A stretch of DNA of 63,297 nucleotides, counting the filler. It is 7 parts of 7 records of this genome, joined end to end, with 100 filler letters (N's around TTAATTAATTAA, not from the genome) between each part and the next. Parts side by side here need not be neighbours in the genome. Positions count along the whole stretch, not along the records: positions 13,810 to 27,804 come from SRR11831585_782; positions 27,905 to 36,548 come from SRR11831585_786; 5 more parts are not named here. One strand, given 5' to 3'. Shown here piece by piece: positions 17,758 to 28,158 of this stretch (its first letter is position 1; every line of letters starts with the position of its first letter). A program made the position numbers and the translations under genes. The notes beneath the pieces are model-generated. The model searched no databases. It worked only from the letters and a program-made list of their open reading frames with translations, and was not told where the DNA came from.

Positions 17758-18636
17758 TTAATGAACTTGCGGATCTGCCGGAGACGCGTTGTTGCGGATT
17801 TCAGCAATATCCATCGCATTGAACAGATAGTGGTTACCGCAGTAATCACAATGCATGTCAATTTCGCCATCTTCCGCCAGGATGCTATCAACTTCTTCAT
17901 CAGGCAGCGTTTTCAGCGCATCGGCGCAACGTTCACGCGAGCAGGTGCATTTGAACTCCACATCCTGCGGATCGTAAACCGTCACCTCTTCTTCGTGATA
18001 CAAACGCCACAACACTTCGTTTGCCGGTAAGGTCAGCAGTTCTTCGGTTTTGATGGTTTCGGTTAGCGTCGCCAGGTGGTCAAAGTCGTCCTGCTGGGCA
18101 TTTTGCGCAGGCATTACCTGCAACAACATACCGCCTGCAGCCGGTTTGCCGTCTACGTCGCCGGTGCGAATAAACAGGCGCGTCGGCAGCTGTTCAGAAC
18201 GCATAAAGTAATCTTCCAGGCAGGCCGCCAGGGTATCACCTTCCAGACCAACTACGCCCTGATAGCGTTCGCCTTCGCTCGGGGTAATGGTGATCACCAC
18301 GTAACCATTGCCGACCAGCGTTTTCAGGTCGGCATTTTCTGGAATTTCGCCCTGCACGCGCGCCACACCGCGCATCTGCTGGTTATTGTTACCGTTAATA
18401 ACCGCCAGATTCATCGGACCGTCGCCCTGCAGCTGTACGGTGATATCACCATCAAACTTCAGCGTAGCGGTTAACAGGCTGGTCGCAACCAGCAGTTCTG
18501 CCAGCACGTTTTTAACGGGCTGCGGATAATCGTGGTTCTCAAGGATCTGTTGCAGGGTTTCCGAAACGGTTACCAGTTCGCCGCGCACGGCAAAGTTTTC
18601 AAACAGATAGCGATGTAATTGGTCATGTTGCGGCAT
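17758..18636 (-). CDS. hslO: Hsp33 redox-regulated chaperone
   Basis: CTCS...CDYC zinc motif; RSEQLPT. Confidence 0.97.
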   Translation of the reverse strand: MPQHDQLHRYLFENFAVRGELVTVSETLQQILENHDYPQPVKNVLAELLVATSLLTATLKFDGDITVQLQGDGPMNLAVINGNNNQQMRGVARVQGEIPENADLKTLVGNGYVVITITPSEGERYQGVVGLEGDTLAACLEDYFMRSEQLPTRLFIRTGDVDGKPAAGGMLLQVMPAQNAQQDDFDHLATLTETIKTEELLTLPANEVLWRLYHEEEVTVYDPQDVEFKCTCSRERCADALKTLPDEEVDSILAEDGEIDMHCDYCGNHYLFNAMDIAEIRNNASPADPQVH

Positions 18637-18660
18637 AATCATCTCTCTTGCAGGTGACAG

Positions 18661-19062
18661 TTATTCACTGTCGCCGTGTTTAAATCGTAACAGGTCGCGG
18701 CGCTCTTTTTTGTCCGGGCGTCGGTCCGGGTGCGGCATGGTTAAGGCATTAAGTTTACGTGCCAGCGCCATTTTTTCGCGTTTCTCTACACTTTCCGCAG
18801 TCTCTTCATACAGCAAGGCTGCCTCGCTGGCGGGGCGACGCTGTTCAGTAATCGCCTTTACAATCACCGTGCGTTCGTCATTTCCCTGGCGCAGAGTGAG
18901 CGTGGCATTCAGCTCGACGATTTTGCTCGGCTTGCTGCGCTGCCCGTTGTAATGCACCTTACCGCCTTCAATCATTTCACGGGCCAGCGCGCGGGTTTTA
19001 TAAAAACGGGCAGCCCATAGCCATTTATCCAGTCGAACCTCAACAGCAGGTTTCTCTTTCAT
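18661..19062 (-). CDS. hslR: ribosome-associated heat shock protein Hsp15
   Basis: S4 domain RLDKWLWAARFYKTR; RPDKKERR. Confidence 0.97.
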   Translation of the reverse strand: MKEKPAVEVRLDKWLWAARFYKTRALAREMIEGGKVHYNGQRSKPSKIVELNATLTLRQGNDERTVIVKAITEQRRPASEAALLYEETAESVEKREKMALARKLNALTMPHPDRRPDKKERRDLLRFKHGDSE

Positions 19063-19072
19063 GGCGTCTCCT

Positions 19073-19741
19073 TCACATTAGCGAGGGGATCAGGCGGCGG
19101 TAGTCATTCAGTGACGGATGGCGTTGATACTGTTTCTCGGCAATCCCGGAATCAGGATTAGTCACGCCGAGGCAGTAACGAATACCAAATTGCGCGGCAG
19201 CATCGAGAATCGCTTCGCTGTCATCAATAAACAGCGTTCTTTCAGCTTTCAGACCCGTAGCTTCGGCCACCGCATGCCATAACCGCTGATCCTCTTTCGG
19301 ATAACCAAATGTGTGGGTGGAAAGTAATAAATCAAGGTGTGCGTCCAGACCGGTATGCTCAAGTTTTACCGCCAGGTTGTGCGGATGCGCATTGGTGAGC
19401 AAAATTCGCTGCTTACCGCTGGCTTTCAGTGCCTCAAGAAACGGAATGGTATCTTCACGCAGTACGGCACGCGGTCCCATCTCGGTGGTCATCGCACAGA
19501 TATCCAGACCCAGTTGCTCACTCCAGTAATCAAGACAGTACCAGTTTAGCGTATGCTGTACGTCGTGATATTGCTGGCGCATATATTCCATCGCTTCCTG
19601 TGGCGTAACCCCGTTTTTCGCGCCCCATGTTTCAGGCACCAGCTTTTGCCAGAAATAGTTATCGAAGGCGAGGTCGAGCAACGTGCCGTCCATATCCAGC
19701 AGAACGGTATCTACGTCCTGCCAGGCAATGTTGATATGCAT
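19073..19741 (-). CDS. yrfG: GMP/IMP nucleotidase (HAD family)
   Basis: DMDGTLLD motif I, IDDS motif; start MHINIAW (222 aa). Confidence 0.93.
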   Translation of the reverse strand: MHINIAWQDVDTVLLDMDGTLLDLAFDNYFWQKLVPETWGAKNGVTPQEAMEYMRQQYHDVQHTLNWYCLDYWSEQLGLDICAMTTEMGPRAVLREDTIPFLEALKASGKQRILLTNAHPHNLAVKLEHTGLDAHLDLLLSTHTFGYPKEDQRLWHAVAEATGLKAERTLFIDDSEAILDAAAQFGIRYCLGVTNPDSGIAEKQYQRHPSLNDYRRLIPSLM

Positions 19742-19805
19742 GAGGGAAATCTCCAGAGTGAAGCAATTTGCGCGACAGGGTAGCATAACCTGCCGCGCAA
19801 ACGTG

Positions 19806-21941
19806 TTATTCGATAAGGCTTTCTGAAGGGGTGATCAGTTGCGGGTTCAGGCAGCTTTCATAATAGGCCTGAATCTCCATCATGCGAGTGCGATGACGCT
19901 GGTAACGACGCCAGGCCTGTACGCCATTGTAAATGGCGCTACCCAGCATCGTCAGTAGCAGCAATGTGGTGCTGAGATAGCGCCACAGGCCGGAACGATC
20001 CGGGATCGGATGAAGGCCAATATGCTGCGTACCATTGGCGTCAGTGAAGATTTTTGTGACGATACCCTCGGCGTTAAACGGCGTATGCATCAGCATTTGT
20101 GCCAGTTTCTGGAAAGCGTTCCACTGTTCTTGCGGCGGGTAGTCGTAAAGTGATGCCGAAGGCCAGGGCTGATCAACAAAATCGCTGCCTTCGTCGCTGA
20201 CAATCAGGAATCCGCCGGGGGCCGGACTGTTTAGTGATTGTGCCGCTCGCGCCGTTTCATGCGTGATAAACGGCGCGGTGGAGGTTGCCACCAGGTTATC
20301 CAGCGATTCCGCACTCACCGGGCGTAATAACACATTCACGCCATCGAGCTTCCCGGCGTTGGCGCGTTTTACCAGCGCGTCCCAGTCTTTACTGTTGCCG
20401 AGATTGACCAGCGCATTTTTCAGTCGCACACAGTCATCTTTGGCAGAACATAAATCCGCTGTCTTCAGTACAATGTCGCCAAAATCATCAAGCAATACCA
20501 TGCCGGATTTTTGAATTGCTGAACGTAATGAGGCACTGACGCGAGATTCATCTTCCGGTTTAGGGTGCAGCTGGCGATTAACTGCTTCAGTCAATGCCGT
20601 CGCTTTGTTGACCAGTTCAGATTCTGGTAATGGCAATGAGCGGGCGTCGTTCCAGATGATCTGCGAGCAGTCAAACGGTAAAAAAGGTGAATTGGTTTTC
20701 GCGCTCCAGGTTCCGGAAGTTCGAATATTACACATTCCCGTACCGCTAATACGCAATGTATCGCCTACCCGCACGCCAGCGTCAGCCAGTTGTTTTACGC
20801 TGGTGGCTTCAATGGTCTGCGCGCCTTTCATCCATGAGAGAGTGAATTTCAGCGGCATATCCAGCGGGATCCAGAATAACAGCATAAACAGCACCAGCAG
20901 CGAGCCCGCAGCGATAATCGTACTGCGCAGCCAGTGCTGTAACGGAAAGTTTTTTACTTCATCATGCAGCGAAAGATATCGTCCCTGACGCACTACATGG
21001 CGGTCGAGATAGATATCGATATCGGTTTGTTGACCGAGATCCTGAGCAATGTATGGCTGCCAGTGTGCGGGATAGACCAGGTCGATAATACCGAGTGAAA
21101 TATTGTTGATCTGTTCCTGATCGTTTTCGCCAAACAATCCCCAACGACGGGGTGTACCGCGCAGACAATGAATTTCCCGCAGGGAGGATTTTGCCGGGGG
21201 CGCGAATAGCCCCCACAGACCTGCGCCCAGCAGCAGTAACGCGCCGCCTGCCAGCCACGGAACAAATACATCCGGGGTAATCAGGCAGAAAAAGAACATC
21301 AGGAAGGAGGCGACGATCAGCAACGCTTCACGCAGCCCGCGCGGACGACTCAGCGCATATTCTTCATGCGTTTCTTTGCGAATATTGAGTAGCTCGATTT
21401 GCTCACTCTCTTCCCCGCGAATCGACGCCTGCGTTGACGGAACAGGTTGCAAGGCATAGCTGCGAGTTTCCTGCATGTACTCCTGCAGCGTATGACCGTT
21501 GAGTGAAATAACCAGCGGCAGCGAATCGGTATGAATCAGTTCAACGGTATTCTCATCGTTGATGTACTGTTCCCAGAAAGGGGGCAGGTGGACTTCTACC
21601 GAATCGAGGTAGTAACGCCATTTATTCGGATCGTCGGTAGAGATGCCGTAACGCGTGATAGCGTGTGTCAGCATCATGACGTTGTTGCTTTCGGCATTCA
21701 GCGCCAGAGAGATCGGTGCCGCGCTGGCTCCCGTTGGGCCAGGCACCTGTAATACCTGCGTCAGGCTCTCAAGATAATTTTCAACGGCGCTACGTTCTTC
21801 AGGTGTGAGTTTACGCGTTTGCGCATCCGCGAAGGCGTTGGTCCAGGGCAGCTGACGCCGTCTGGATCGCACTTTTATCAGCCATCCCGCAAGTAGTGAG
21901 CAGGCCAGCAAAGCAGCTAAAAAAATCACAATGGTGCTCAT
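19806..21941 (-). CDS. igaA: intracellular growth attenuator IgaA (YrfF), Rcs regulator
   Basis: 711 aa multi-TM protein with large periplasmic domain; synteny yrfG-igaA-nudE. Confidence 0.93.
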   Translation of the reverse strand: MSTIVIFLAALLACSLLAGWLIKVRSRRRQLPWTNAFADAQTRKLTPEERSAVENYLESLTQVLQVPGPTGASAAPISLALNAESNNVMMLTHAITRYGISTDDPNKWRYYLDSVEVHLPPFWEQYINDENTVELIHTDSLPLVISLNGHTLQEYMQETRSYALQPVPSTQASIRGEESEQIELLNIRKETHEEYALSRPRGLREALLIVASFLMFFFCLITPDVFVPWLAGGALLLLGAGLWGLFAPPAKSSLREIHCLRGTPRRWGLFGENDQEQINNISLGIIDLVYPAHWQPYIAQDLGQQTDIDIYLDRHVVRQGRYLSLHDEVKNFPLQHWLRSTIIAAGSLLVLFMLLFWIPLDMPLKFTLSWMKGAQTIEATSVKQLADAGVRVGDTLRISGTGMCNIRTSGTWSAKTNSPFLPFDCSQIIWNDARSLPLPESELVNKATALTEAVNRQLHPKPEDESRVSASLRSAIQKSGMVLLDDFGDIVLKTADLCSAKDDCVRLKNALVNLGNSKDWDALVKRANAGKLDGVNVLLRPVSAESLDNLVATSTAPFITHETARAAQSLNSPAPGGFLIVSDEGSDFVDQPWPSASLYDYPPQEQWNAFQKLAQMLMHTPFNAEGIVTKIFTDANGTQHIGLHPIPDRSGLWRYLSTTLLLLTMLGSAIYNGVQAWRRYQRHRTRMMEIQAYYESCLNPQLITPSESLIE

Positions 21942-22260
21942 GCTTTCCCCATCTTACTTAGTCTGTCAGGCGTGGTCAGTCGCACCGGACACAATACATG
22001 ATTCTGCGGTTGGCTATCGGCAAGCGTGGAGTTTAACTTGAGCATCATTAAGCACATCACAGTAACCGCTGATCATAGCAAACCCTCTGAAGGCGGAATA
22101 TCAGCAAATTCCTGGAGTTATTTCAACCTATTGACTTTTAATTTGATTTGAGGACGATTATTTATTAAGTTACATAAATGTAAATAACATGCAATTCACA
22201 TTGCCGAAAGCGTGTCCGATATCGCACAATAACCGCTGATTTCACAGCATAGATCCCACG

Positions 22261-22821
22261 ATGAGCAAATCATTACAAAAACCCACCATTCTGAATGTTG
22301 AAACTGTAGCCCGTTCCCGACTGTTTACCGTCGAGAGCGTGGATCTGGAGTTCAGCAATGGCGTGCGGCGTGTTTATGAACGAATGCGTCCAACCAACCG
22401 GGAAGCAGTGATGATTGTGCCGATTGTGGACGATCACCTGATCCTGATCCGCGAATACGCAGTGGGAACTGAATCCTACGAATTAGGTTTTTCGAAAGGA
22501 TTAATTGATCCGGGTGAAAGCGTCTACGAAGCCGCTAACCGCGAGCTAAAAGAAGAGGTTGGATTTGGAGCGAACGATCTGACTTTTTTGAAGAAGCTCA
22601 GCATGGCACCGTCTTACTTTTCCAGCAAAATGAATATCGTGGTAGCGCAAGATCTCTACCCGGAATCACTGGAAGGCGATGAGCCAGAGCCGCTACCACA
22701 GGTGCGCTGGCCGCTGGCGCATATGATGGATTTGCTGGAAGACCCTGACTTCAATGAAGCGCGCAATGTCAGTGCGCTGTTCCTCGTGCGCGAATGGTTG
22801 AAAGGGCAGGGGCGAGTGTAA
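22261..22821 (+). CDS. nudE: ADP compounds hydrolase NudE
   Basis: Nudix box GLIDPGESVYEAANRELKEEVG. Confidence 0.96.
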   Translation: MSKSLQKPTILNVETVARSRLFTVESVDLEFSNGVRRVYERMRPTNREAVMIVPIVDDHLILIREYAVGTESYELGFSKGLIDPGESVYEAANRELKEEVGFGANDLTFLKKLSMAPSYFSSKMNIVVAQDLYPESLEGDEPEPLPQVRWPLAHMMDLLEDPDFNEARNVSALFLVREWLKGQGRV

Positions 22822-22833
22822 ATGCGTGAAGTT

Positions 22834-22933
22834 TGCCTGATGCACAATGTTTATCAGGCTTATGGGGTTTCTGCAATTTATTGAGTTTTCACGATTTTGT
22901 TAGCCGGATAACGCGTTCACGCCGTATCCGGCA
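22834..22933. repeat. REP pair (BIME-like)
   Basis: TGCCTGATGCACAATGTTTATCAGGCTTA and GCCGGATAACGCGTTCACGCCGTATCCGGCA in opposite orientation. Confidence 0.85.
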
Positions 22934-22961
22934 TAAACAAGTGCACTTTGTCAGCAAACTG

Positions 22962-22985
22962 AAAAGGCGCCGAAGCGCCTTTTTA
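22962..22985. terminator. probable bidirectional terminator between nudE and mrcA
   Basis: AAAAGGCGC-cgaa-GCGCCTTTTT. Confidence 0.8.
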
Positions 22986-22986
22986 A

Positions 22987-25539
22987 TCAGAACAATTCCT
23001 GTGCCTCGCCATTATCGATAATGGTCGTTCCCACCTCGTGCACTGCCTGTTGTGTCGGCTGCGTACCTTCGATGAAATACTCTTCGCGGCTGTTGCCACC
23101 ATTAGCTAACTGCCCGGTGCTGCGATCGATATTCACCGTCACAATACCCGGTGGCGGCGTCAGCGGCTGCTCCGGCACACCTTCAAGAACGGCTTTCATA
23201 TAAGCGTCCCATGCAGGCTGGGCACTCTTGGCACCGCCTTCGTAACCTGAGATCTGATCTTTAATCGCTCCGGAAGCCGTTGTATGACCGAGATTACGAC
23301 GGTGATCATCAAAGCCAATCCAGACCGAGGTCACAACGCCCGGACCGTAACCCGAGAACCACGCATCTTTCGAACTGTTAGTGGTCCCGGTTTTCCCGCC
23401 GATATCGCGACGCTGCAAATCACGACCTGCACGCCAGCCAGTACCCTGCCAGCCTGGCTCACCAAAGATATTGGTGTTCAAAGCACTCTTAATCAGGAAT
23501 GCCAGCGGAGTGTTGATGACGTGCGGTGCGTACTCCTGCGCGCCAGTCTTCGCCACTAACGCCTGATTTGCCTGCTCCAGCTGCGGCATTGGTACAGAAA
23601 CATTCTGCTGCTCGCGGGAGATAGCGACATCTTCAACATCGTTATTTTCCAGCACGTTCGATTTCTGCGTATCACCGTAAATCACCGGAATATCGCATTC
23701 CGGGCAGGCTACTTTCGGTTTCGCTTCGAAAATCACGCCGCCCTGATCGTTTTCAATTTTGCTGATAAACCACGGGTCCACCAGGAAGCCGCCGTTCGCC
23801 ATGACCGCGTAGCCGCGCGCCACCTGCATTGGGGTGAAGGACGCTGAACCCAGCGCCAGCGATTCGGTGTGGACAATGTTTTGTGCCGGGAAGCCGAAGC
23901 GTTGCAGATATTCTGCAGCGTAGTCGACGCCCATCGCCCGCATTGCGCGTACCATCACCACGTTTTTCGACTGACCCAGCCCCTGACGTAAGCGAATTGG
24001 ACCAGCATACTGCGGTGGTGAGTTCTTCGGCTGCCAGTCAGAACCGGCACTTGCATCCCAGCGAGAAATTGGCACATCGTTCAACATACTTGCCAGCGTC
24101 AGACCTTTATCCATCGCCGCGGTGTAGAGGAACGGTTTGATGTTGGAACCCACCTGACGCAGTGCCTGGGTGGCGCGGTTAAACTTGCTCTGATTGAAAT
24201 CAAAGCCACCGACCAGCGCCATAACAGCACCGTTTTGCGGATTGATCGACACCAGCGCCGAGTTCACTTCCGGCACTTGTGCCAGCCACCATGCATCGCC
24301 AACCTGACGAACCCAGATTTGCTGACCCGTTTGCAGAACATCGGTCACTTTACGCGGCGTCGGTCCTTGCTGAGTATCCGAACGGTAAGGACGCGCCCAG
24401 CGAACGCCTTCCATACTCAATGCGACGGTCGACCCGTCCGCCAGCATCGCCGTCGCTTGCTGAGGATTGGCGCTGGTGACTGCGGCAGGCAGCAGCGGAC
24501 CATAGGTTGGCAGCGCCTTCAGCGTATCGGTAATCTTGTTGTTATCCCACGCCGACTCGCCCACTTTCCACAGCACATTTGCCGGGCCGCGATAGCCGTG
24601 GCGCATGTCGTAGTCCAGCACGTTATTACGTACCGCCTGCTGCGCGGCCTGCTGCACTTTGCGGGTGATGGTGGTGTAAATGCGATAACCGTCTTCATAG
24701 GCACTTTCGCCATAACGGTTATACATCTCCTGGCGCACCATTTCGCTCAGGTACGGCGCAGAGAAAGCAATCTCCGGCGCGTGATAGTTAGCGTTAATCG
24801 CCTCAGTGCGTGTCTGATCGAACTGTTGTTGGGTGATATACCCTTCATCCAGCATCCGCGACAGCACGACGTTACGCCGCGCGACGGCACGATCCATCGA
24901 GTAGAGCGGGTTGAAGGTGGAAGGCGCTTTCGGCAGCCCGGCTATCACCGCCATTTCGTTCAGCGTCAGTTGGTCGACCGTTTTTCCGAAATAGACTTGT
25001 GCCGCAGCACCGACACCATAGGCGCGGTAACCAAGGTAAATCTTGTTCAGATAAAGCTCGAGGATCTCGTCTTTCGTCAGCAGCTGTTCAATGCGAATCG
25101 CGAGGAAGACTTCCTTAATCTTACGCATCAGCGTGCGTTCTGGACTGAGGAAGAAGTTTCTCGCCAGCTGCTGGGTAATGGTACTTGCCCCTTGTGACGC
25201 GTGACCGGAGAACAGCGCCACGCTTGCTGCACGGAAGATCCCCACCGGGTCAACGCCGTGATGCTCGTAGAAGCGGCTGTCTTCTGTCGCGATAAAGGCT
25301 TTCACCATCTCCGGTGGGATTTGATCCAACGTAACCGGAATACGACGTTTCTCACCGTATTGAGCAATCAGCTCGCCATCGGCGCTGTAAATCTGCATCG
25401 GAATTTGCAGGCGAACATCTTTTAATGTCGCCACATCCGGCAGTTGTGGCTCGATGTAGCGGTATAGGCCATAAATCGAGCCTGCTCCCAGCAGAATGCA
25501 ACAGACTGCAAGGATCAAAAAATACTTTACGAACTTCAC
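22987..25539 (-). CDS. mrcA: penicillin-binding protein 1A
   Basis: EDSRFYEHHG and GASTITQQ transglycosylase motifs; SNIK, SKN and KTG transpeptidase motifs; GTG start (850 aa). Confidence 0.97.
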   Translation of the reverse strand: MKFVKYFLILAVCCILLGAGSIYGLYRYIEPQLPDVATLKDVRLQIPMQIYSADGELIAQYGEKRRIPVTLDQIPPEMVKAFIATEDSRFYEHHGVDPVGIFRAASVALFSGHASQGASTITQQLARNFFLSPERTLMRKIKEVFLAIRIEQLLTKDEILELYLNKIYLGYRAYGVGAAAQVYFGKTVDQLTLNEMAVIAGLPKAPSTFNPLYSMDRAVARRNVVLSRMLDEGYITQQQFDQTRTEAINANYHAPEIAFSAPYLSEMVRQEMYNRYGESAYEDGYRIYTTITRKVQQAAQQAVRNNVLDYDMRHGYRGPANVLWKVGESAWDNNKITDTLKALPTYGPLLPAAVTSANPQQATAMLADGSTVALSMEGVRWARPYRSDTQQGPTPRKVTDVLQTGQQIWVRQVGDAWWLAQVPEVNSALVSINPQNGAVMALVGGFDFNQSKFNRATQALRQVGSNIKPFLYTAAMDKGLTLASMLNDVPISRWDASAGSDWQPKNSPPQYAGPIRLRQGLGQSKNVVMVRAMRAMGVDYAAEYLQRFGFPAQNIVHTESLALGSASFTPMQVARGYAVMANGGFLVDPWFISKIENDQGGVIFEAKPKVACPECDIPVIYGDTQKSNVLENNDVEDVAISREQQNVSVPMPQLEQANQALVAKTGAQEYAPHVINTPLAFLIKSALNTNIFGEPGWQGTGWRAGRDLQRRDIGGKTGTTNSSKDAWFSGYGPGVVTSVWIGFDDHRRNLGHTTASGAIKDQISGYEGGAKSAQPAWDAYMKAVLEGVPEQPLTPPPGIVTVNIDRSTGQLANGGNSREEYFIEGTQPTQQAVHEVGTTIIDNGEAQELF

Positions 25540-25658
25540 TGGAAATTTCCCATTTAGTTTCATTTGGGCAGTTTATAAACAAACGCGCGGTAGTATAAAG
25601 GCAAGCCAGACGCATTGATATACCCGTCAGAGTGACGGGTGATAAGGAGATCATCACA

Positions 25659-26438
25659 ATGGCATTTAAGATCTGGCAAATTGGTTTGCATTTACAACAG
25701 CAAGAAGCGGTAGCGGTTGCGATCGTGCGGGGCGCAAAAGAATGCTTTTTGCAACGCTGGTGGCGGTTGCCGCTGGAGAACGACATTATCAAAGATGGGC
25801 GGATTGTTGATGCGCAGCAGCTGGCTAAAACGTTGTTACCGTGGAGTCGCGAACTGCCGCAGCGTCATCACATTATGTTGGCGTTTCCCGCCAGTCGCAC
25901 ATTACAGCGGTCATTTCCGCGCCCGTCGATGTCCCTTGGTGAGCGGGAGCAAACGGCCTGGCTGTCAGGGACGATGGCCCGCGAGCTGGATATGGATCCG
26001 GACTCCCTGCGCTTCGATTACAGCGAAGACTCACTCAGTCCCGCCTATAACGTGACTGCCGCGCAAAGCAAAGAGCTGGCAACGCTGCTTACTCTGGCAG
26101 AAAGGTTGCGTGTTCATGTGAGCGCGATCACCCCGGATGCCAGTGCATTACAGCGATTCCTGCCTTTTTTACCTTCTCATCAGCAATGTCTGGCCTGGCG
26201 TGATAACGAACAGTGGCTGTGGGCGACGCGCTATAGCTGGGGGCGCAAACTGGCGGTGGGGATGACTAGCGCGAAGGAGCTGGCGGCAGCGTTATCCGTT
26301 GATCCCGAAAGCGTCGCGATATGTGGCGAAGGCGGATTTGATCCCTGGGAGGCCGTTTCTGTTCGTCAGCCGCCGCTACCGCCGCCAGGTGGAGACTTTG
26401 CCATCGCGCTGGGGCTGGCGCTTGGGAAGGCGTACTGA
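25659..26438 (+). CDS. hofM: DNA utilization protein HofM (PilM-like)
   Basis: MAFKIWQIGLHL start; divergent from mrcA; first gene of hof operon. Confidence 0.92.
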   Translation: MAFKIWQIGLHLQQQEAVAVAIVRGAKECFLQRWWRLPLENDIIKDGRIVDAQQLAKTLLPWSRELPQRHHIMLAFPASRTLQRSFPRPSMSLGEREQTAWLSGTMARELDMDPDSLRFDYSEDSLSPAYNVTAAQSKELATLLTLAERLRVHVSAITPDASALQRFLPFLPSHQQCLAWRDNEQWLWATRYSWGRKLAVGMTSAKELAAALSVDPESVAICGEGGFDPWEAVSVRQPPLPPPGGDFAIALGLALGKAY

Positions 26439-26977
26439 TGAACCCGCCAATTAATTTTTTGCCCTGGCGACAGCAACGCCGGACCGCTTTTCTGCGTTTC
26501 TGGTTGCTGATGTTCGTTGCGCCTCTGCTGCTGGCCGTCGGGATAACGCTAATACTGCGTCTGACAGGCAGCGCCGAAGCGCGCATAGACGCAGTTTTGC
26601 TTCAGGCGGAACAACAACTCGCCCGCAGCTTACAGATAACGAAGCCACGTTTGCTGGAGCAACAGCAGTTACGCGAACAGCGTTCGCAACGGCAGCGCCA
26701 GCGACAATTTACCCGCGACTGGCAATCTGCGCTGGAAGCACTGGCGGCGCTTTTACCCGAGCACGCCTGGCTGACAACGATAAGCTGGCAGCAGGGAACG
26801 CTGGAGATCAAGGGGCTGACAACAAGCATTACCGCGTTAAACGCACTAGAAACGTCACTCCGCCAGGATGCATCTTTTCATCTCAATCAGCGGGGAGCCA
26901 CGCAGCAGGATGCGCAGGGACGCTGGCAATTTGAGTATCAGTTAACAAGGAAGGTTAGCGATGAACATGTTCTTTGA
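26438..26977 (+). CDS. hofN: DNA utilization protein HofN (PilN-like)
   Basis: INFLPWR PilN signature followed by TM segment. Confidence 0.93.
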   Translation: MNPPINFLPWRQQRRTAFLRFWLLMFVAPLLLAVGITLILRLTGSAEARIDAVLLQAEQQLARSLQITKPRLLEQQQLREQRSQRQRQRQFTRDWQSALEALAALLPEHAWLTTISWQQGTLEIKGLTTSITALNALETSLRQDASFHLNQRGATQQDAQGRWQFEYQLTRKVSDEHVL

Positions 26978-27401
26978 CTGGTGGTTCGCCACATCACCCC
27001 GCCTCCGCCAGCTTTGCTGGGCATTCTGGTTGCTGATGTTAGTTACGCTCATTTTTCTGTCATCGACACACCATGAAGAGCGCGACGCATTAATTCGACT
27101 ACGGGCAAGTCATCACCAGCAGTGGGCCGCACTGTATCGCCTGGTAGACACCGCTCCCTTCAGCGAGGAAAAAACGCTGCCCTTTTCGCCACTGGATTTT
27201 CAGTTATCCGGCGCGCAACTGGTTTCCTGGCATCCATCCGCGCAGGGAGGCGAGTTGGCGTTGAAAACGCTGTGGGAAGCAGTGCCGTCGGCATTTACAC
27301 GGCTGGCAGAGCGCAACGTCAGCGTGAGCCGTTTTTCGTTAAGCGTGGAAGGTGATGATCTTTTGTTCACGCTACAACTGGAGACGCCGCATGAGGGTTA
27401 A
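26961..27401 (+). CDS. hofO: DNA utilization protein HofO
   Basis: 146 aa with N-terminal TM; operon position. Confidence 0.9.
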   Translation: MNMFFDWWFATSPRLRQLCWAFWLLMLVTLIFLSSTHHEERDALIRLRASHHQQWAALYRLVDTAPFSEEKTLPFSPLDFQLSGAQLVSWHPSAQGGELALKTLWEAVPSAFTRLAERNVSVSRFSLSVEGDDLLFTLQLETPHEG

Positions 27402-27795
27402 ACGCTGGTTGTTGGCAGGTATTGCATTGTGCCTTTTAACCGGTATGCGTGACCCTTTTAAACCGCCGGAAGATCTATGCCGGATTAGCGAACTTAGCCA
27501 GTGGCGCTATCAGGGGATGGTAGGGCGAGGCGAGCGCATCATCGGTGTAATAAAAGACGGGCAAAAGAAATGGCGACGGGTGCAGCAAAACGATGTGCTG
27601 GAAAACGGCTGGACAATTTTACAGCTGACGCCAGACGTACTAACGCTGGGTACCGGGACAAACTGCGAACCGCCACAATGGTTGTGGCAACGGCAAGGAG
27701 ATACAAATGAAGCAATGGATAGCCGCACTACTGTTGATGCTGATACCCGGCGTACAGGCGGCAAAGCCGCAAAAAGTGACGCTGATGGTGGATGA
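27391..27795 (+). CDS. hofP: DNA utilization protein HofP
   Basis: RDPF motif (PilP-like); start MRVKRW (134 aa). Confidence 0.9.
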   Translation: MRVKRWLLAGIALCLLTGMRDPFKPPEDLCRISELSQWRYQGMVGRGERIIGVIKDGQKKWRRVQQNDVLENGWTILQLTPDVLTLGTGTNCEPPQWLWQRQGDTNEAMDSRTTVDADTRRTGGKAAKSDADGG

Positions 27796-27804
27796 CGTTC
27801 CGGT
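27707..27804 (+). CDS. hofQ: secretin HofQ, 5' fragment cut by contig end
   Basis: AAGGAG RBS then MKQWIAALLLMLIPGVQAAKPQKVTLMVDDVP. Confidence 0.87.
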
Positions 27805-27904
27805 NNNNNNNNNNNNNNNNNNNNNNNNNNNNNNNNNNNNNNNNNNNNTTAATTAATTAANNNNNNNNNNNNNNNNNNNNNNNNNNNNNNNNNNNNNNNN
27901 NNNN
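27805..27904. other. artificial contig linker 2
   Basis: N44-TTAATTAATTAA-N44. Confidence 0.99.
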
Positions 27905-28158
27905 TCATCCGCATCACGCAAACATTTCGCACAGTGCAGACATTTCGCCTCTCTGCGTACCGTCTGGATTTTGCCGGAGATCGACTCCGGATTAGCACAC
28001 CACGGGCAAAGATGCGGACAGCCTTTAAAAAAGACCACCGTACGAATGCCCTCGCCGTCATTCAGTGAATAACGCTGAATGTTGAAAATGCGCGCCACAT
28101 CATCGCGGCGCGTTTCCACAACGTTACAGCTGATGCGCTGTCCGGCGGATGATGTCAT
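27905..28158 (-). CDS. pflC: glycyl-radical activating enzyme PflC, 5' fragment
   Basis: [23 protein letters not shown] radical-SAM CxxxCxxC; cut by contig end. Confidence 0.92.

Noticed and set aside
25659-27804. hofMNOPQ as a novel pilus or DNA uptake system
   Set aside because: Standard E. coli hof operon in its usual position beside mrcA
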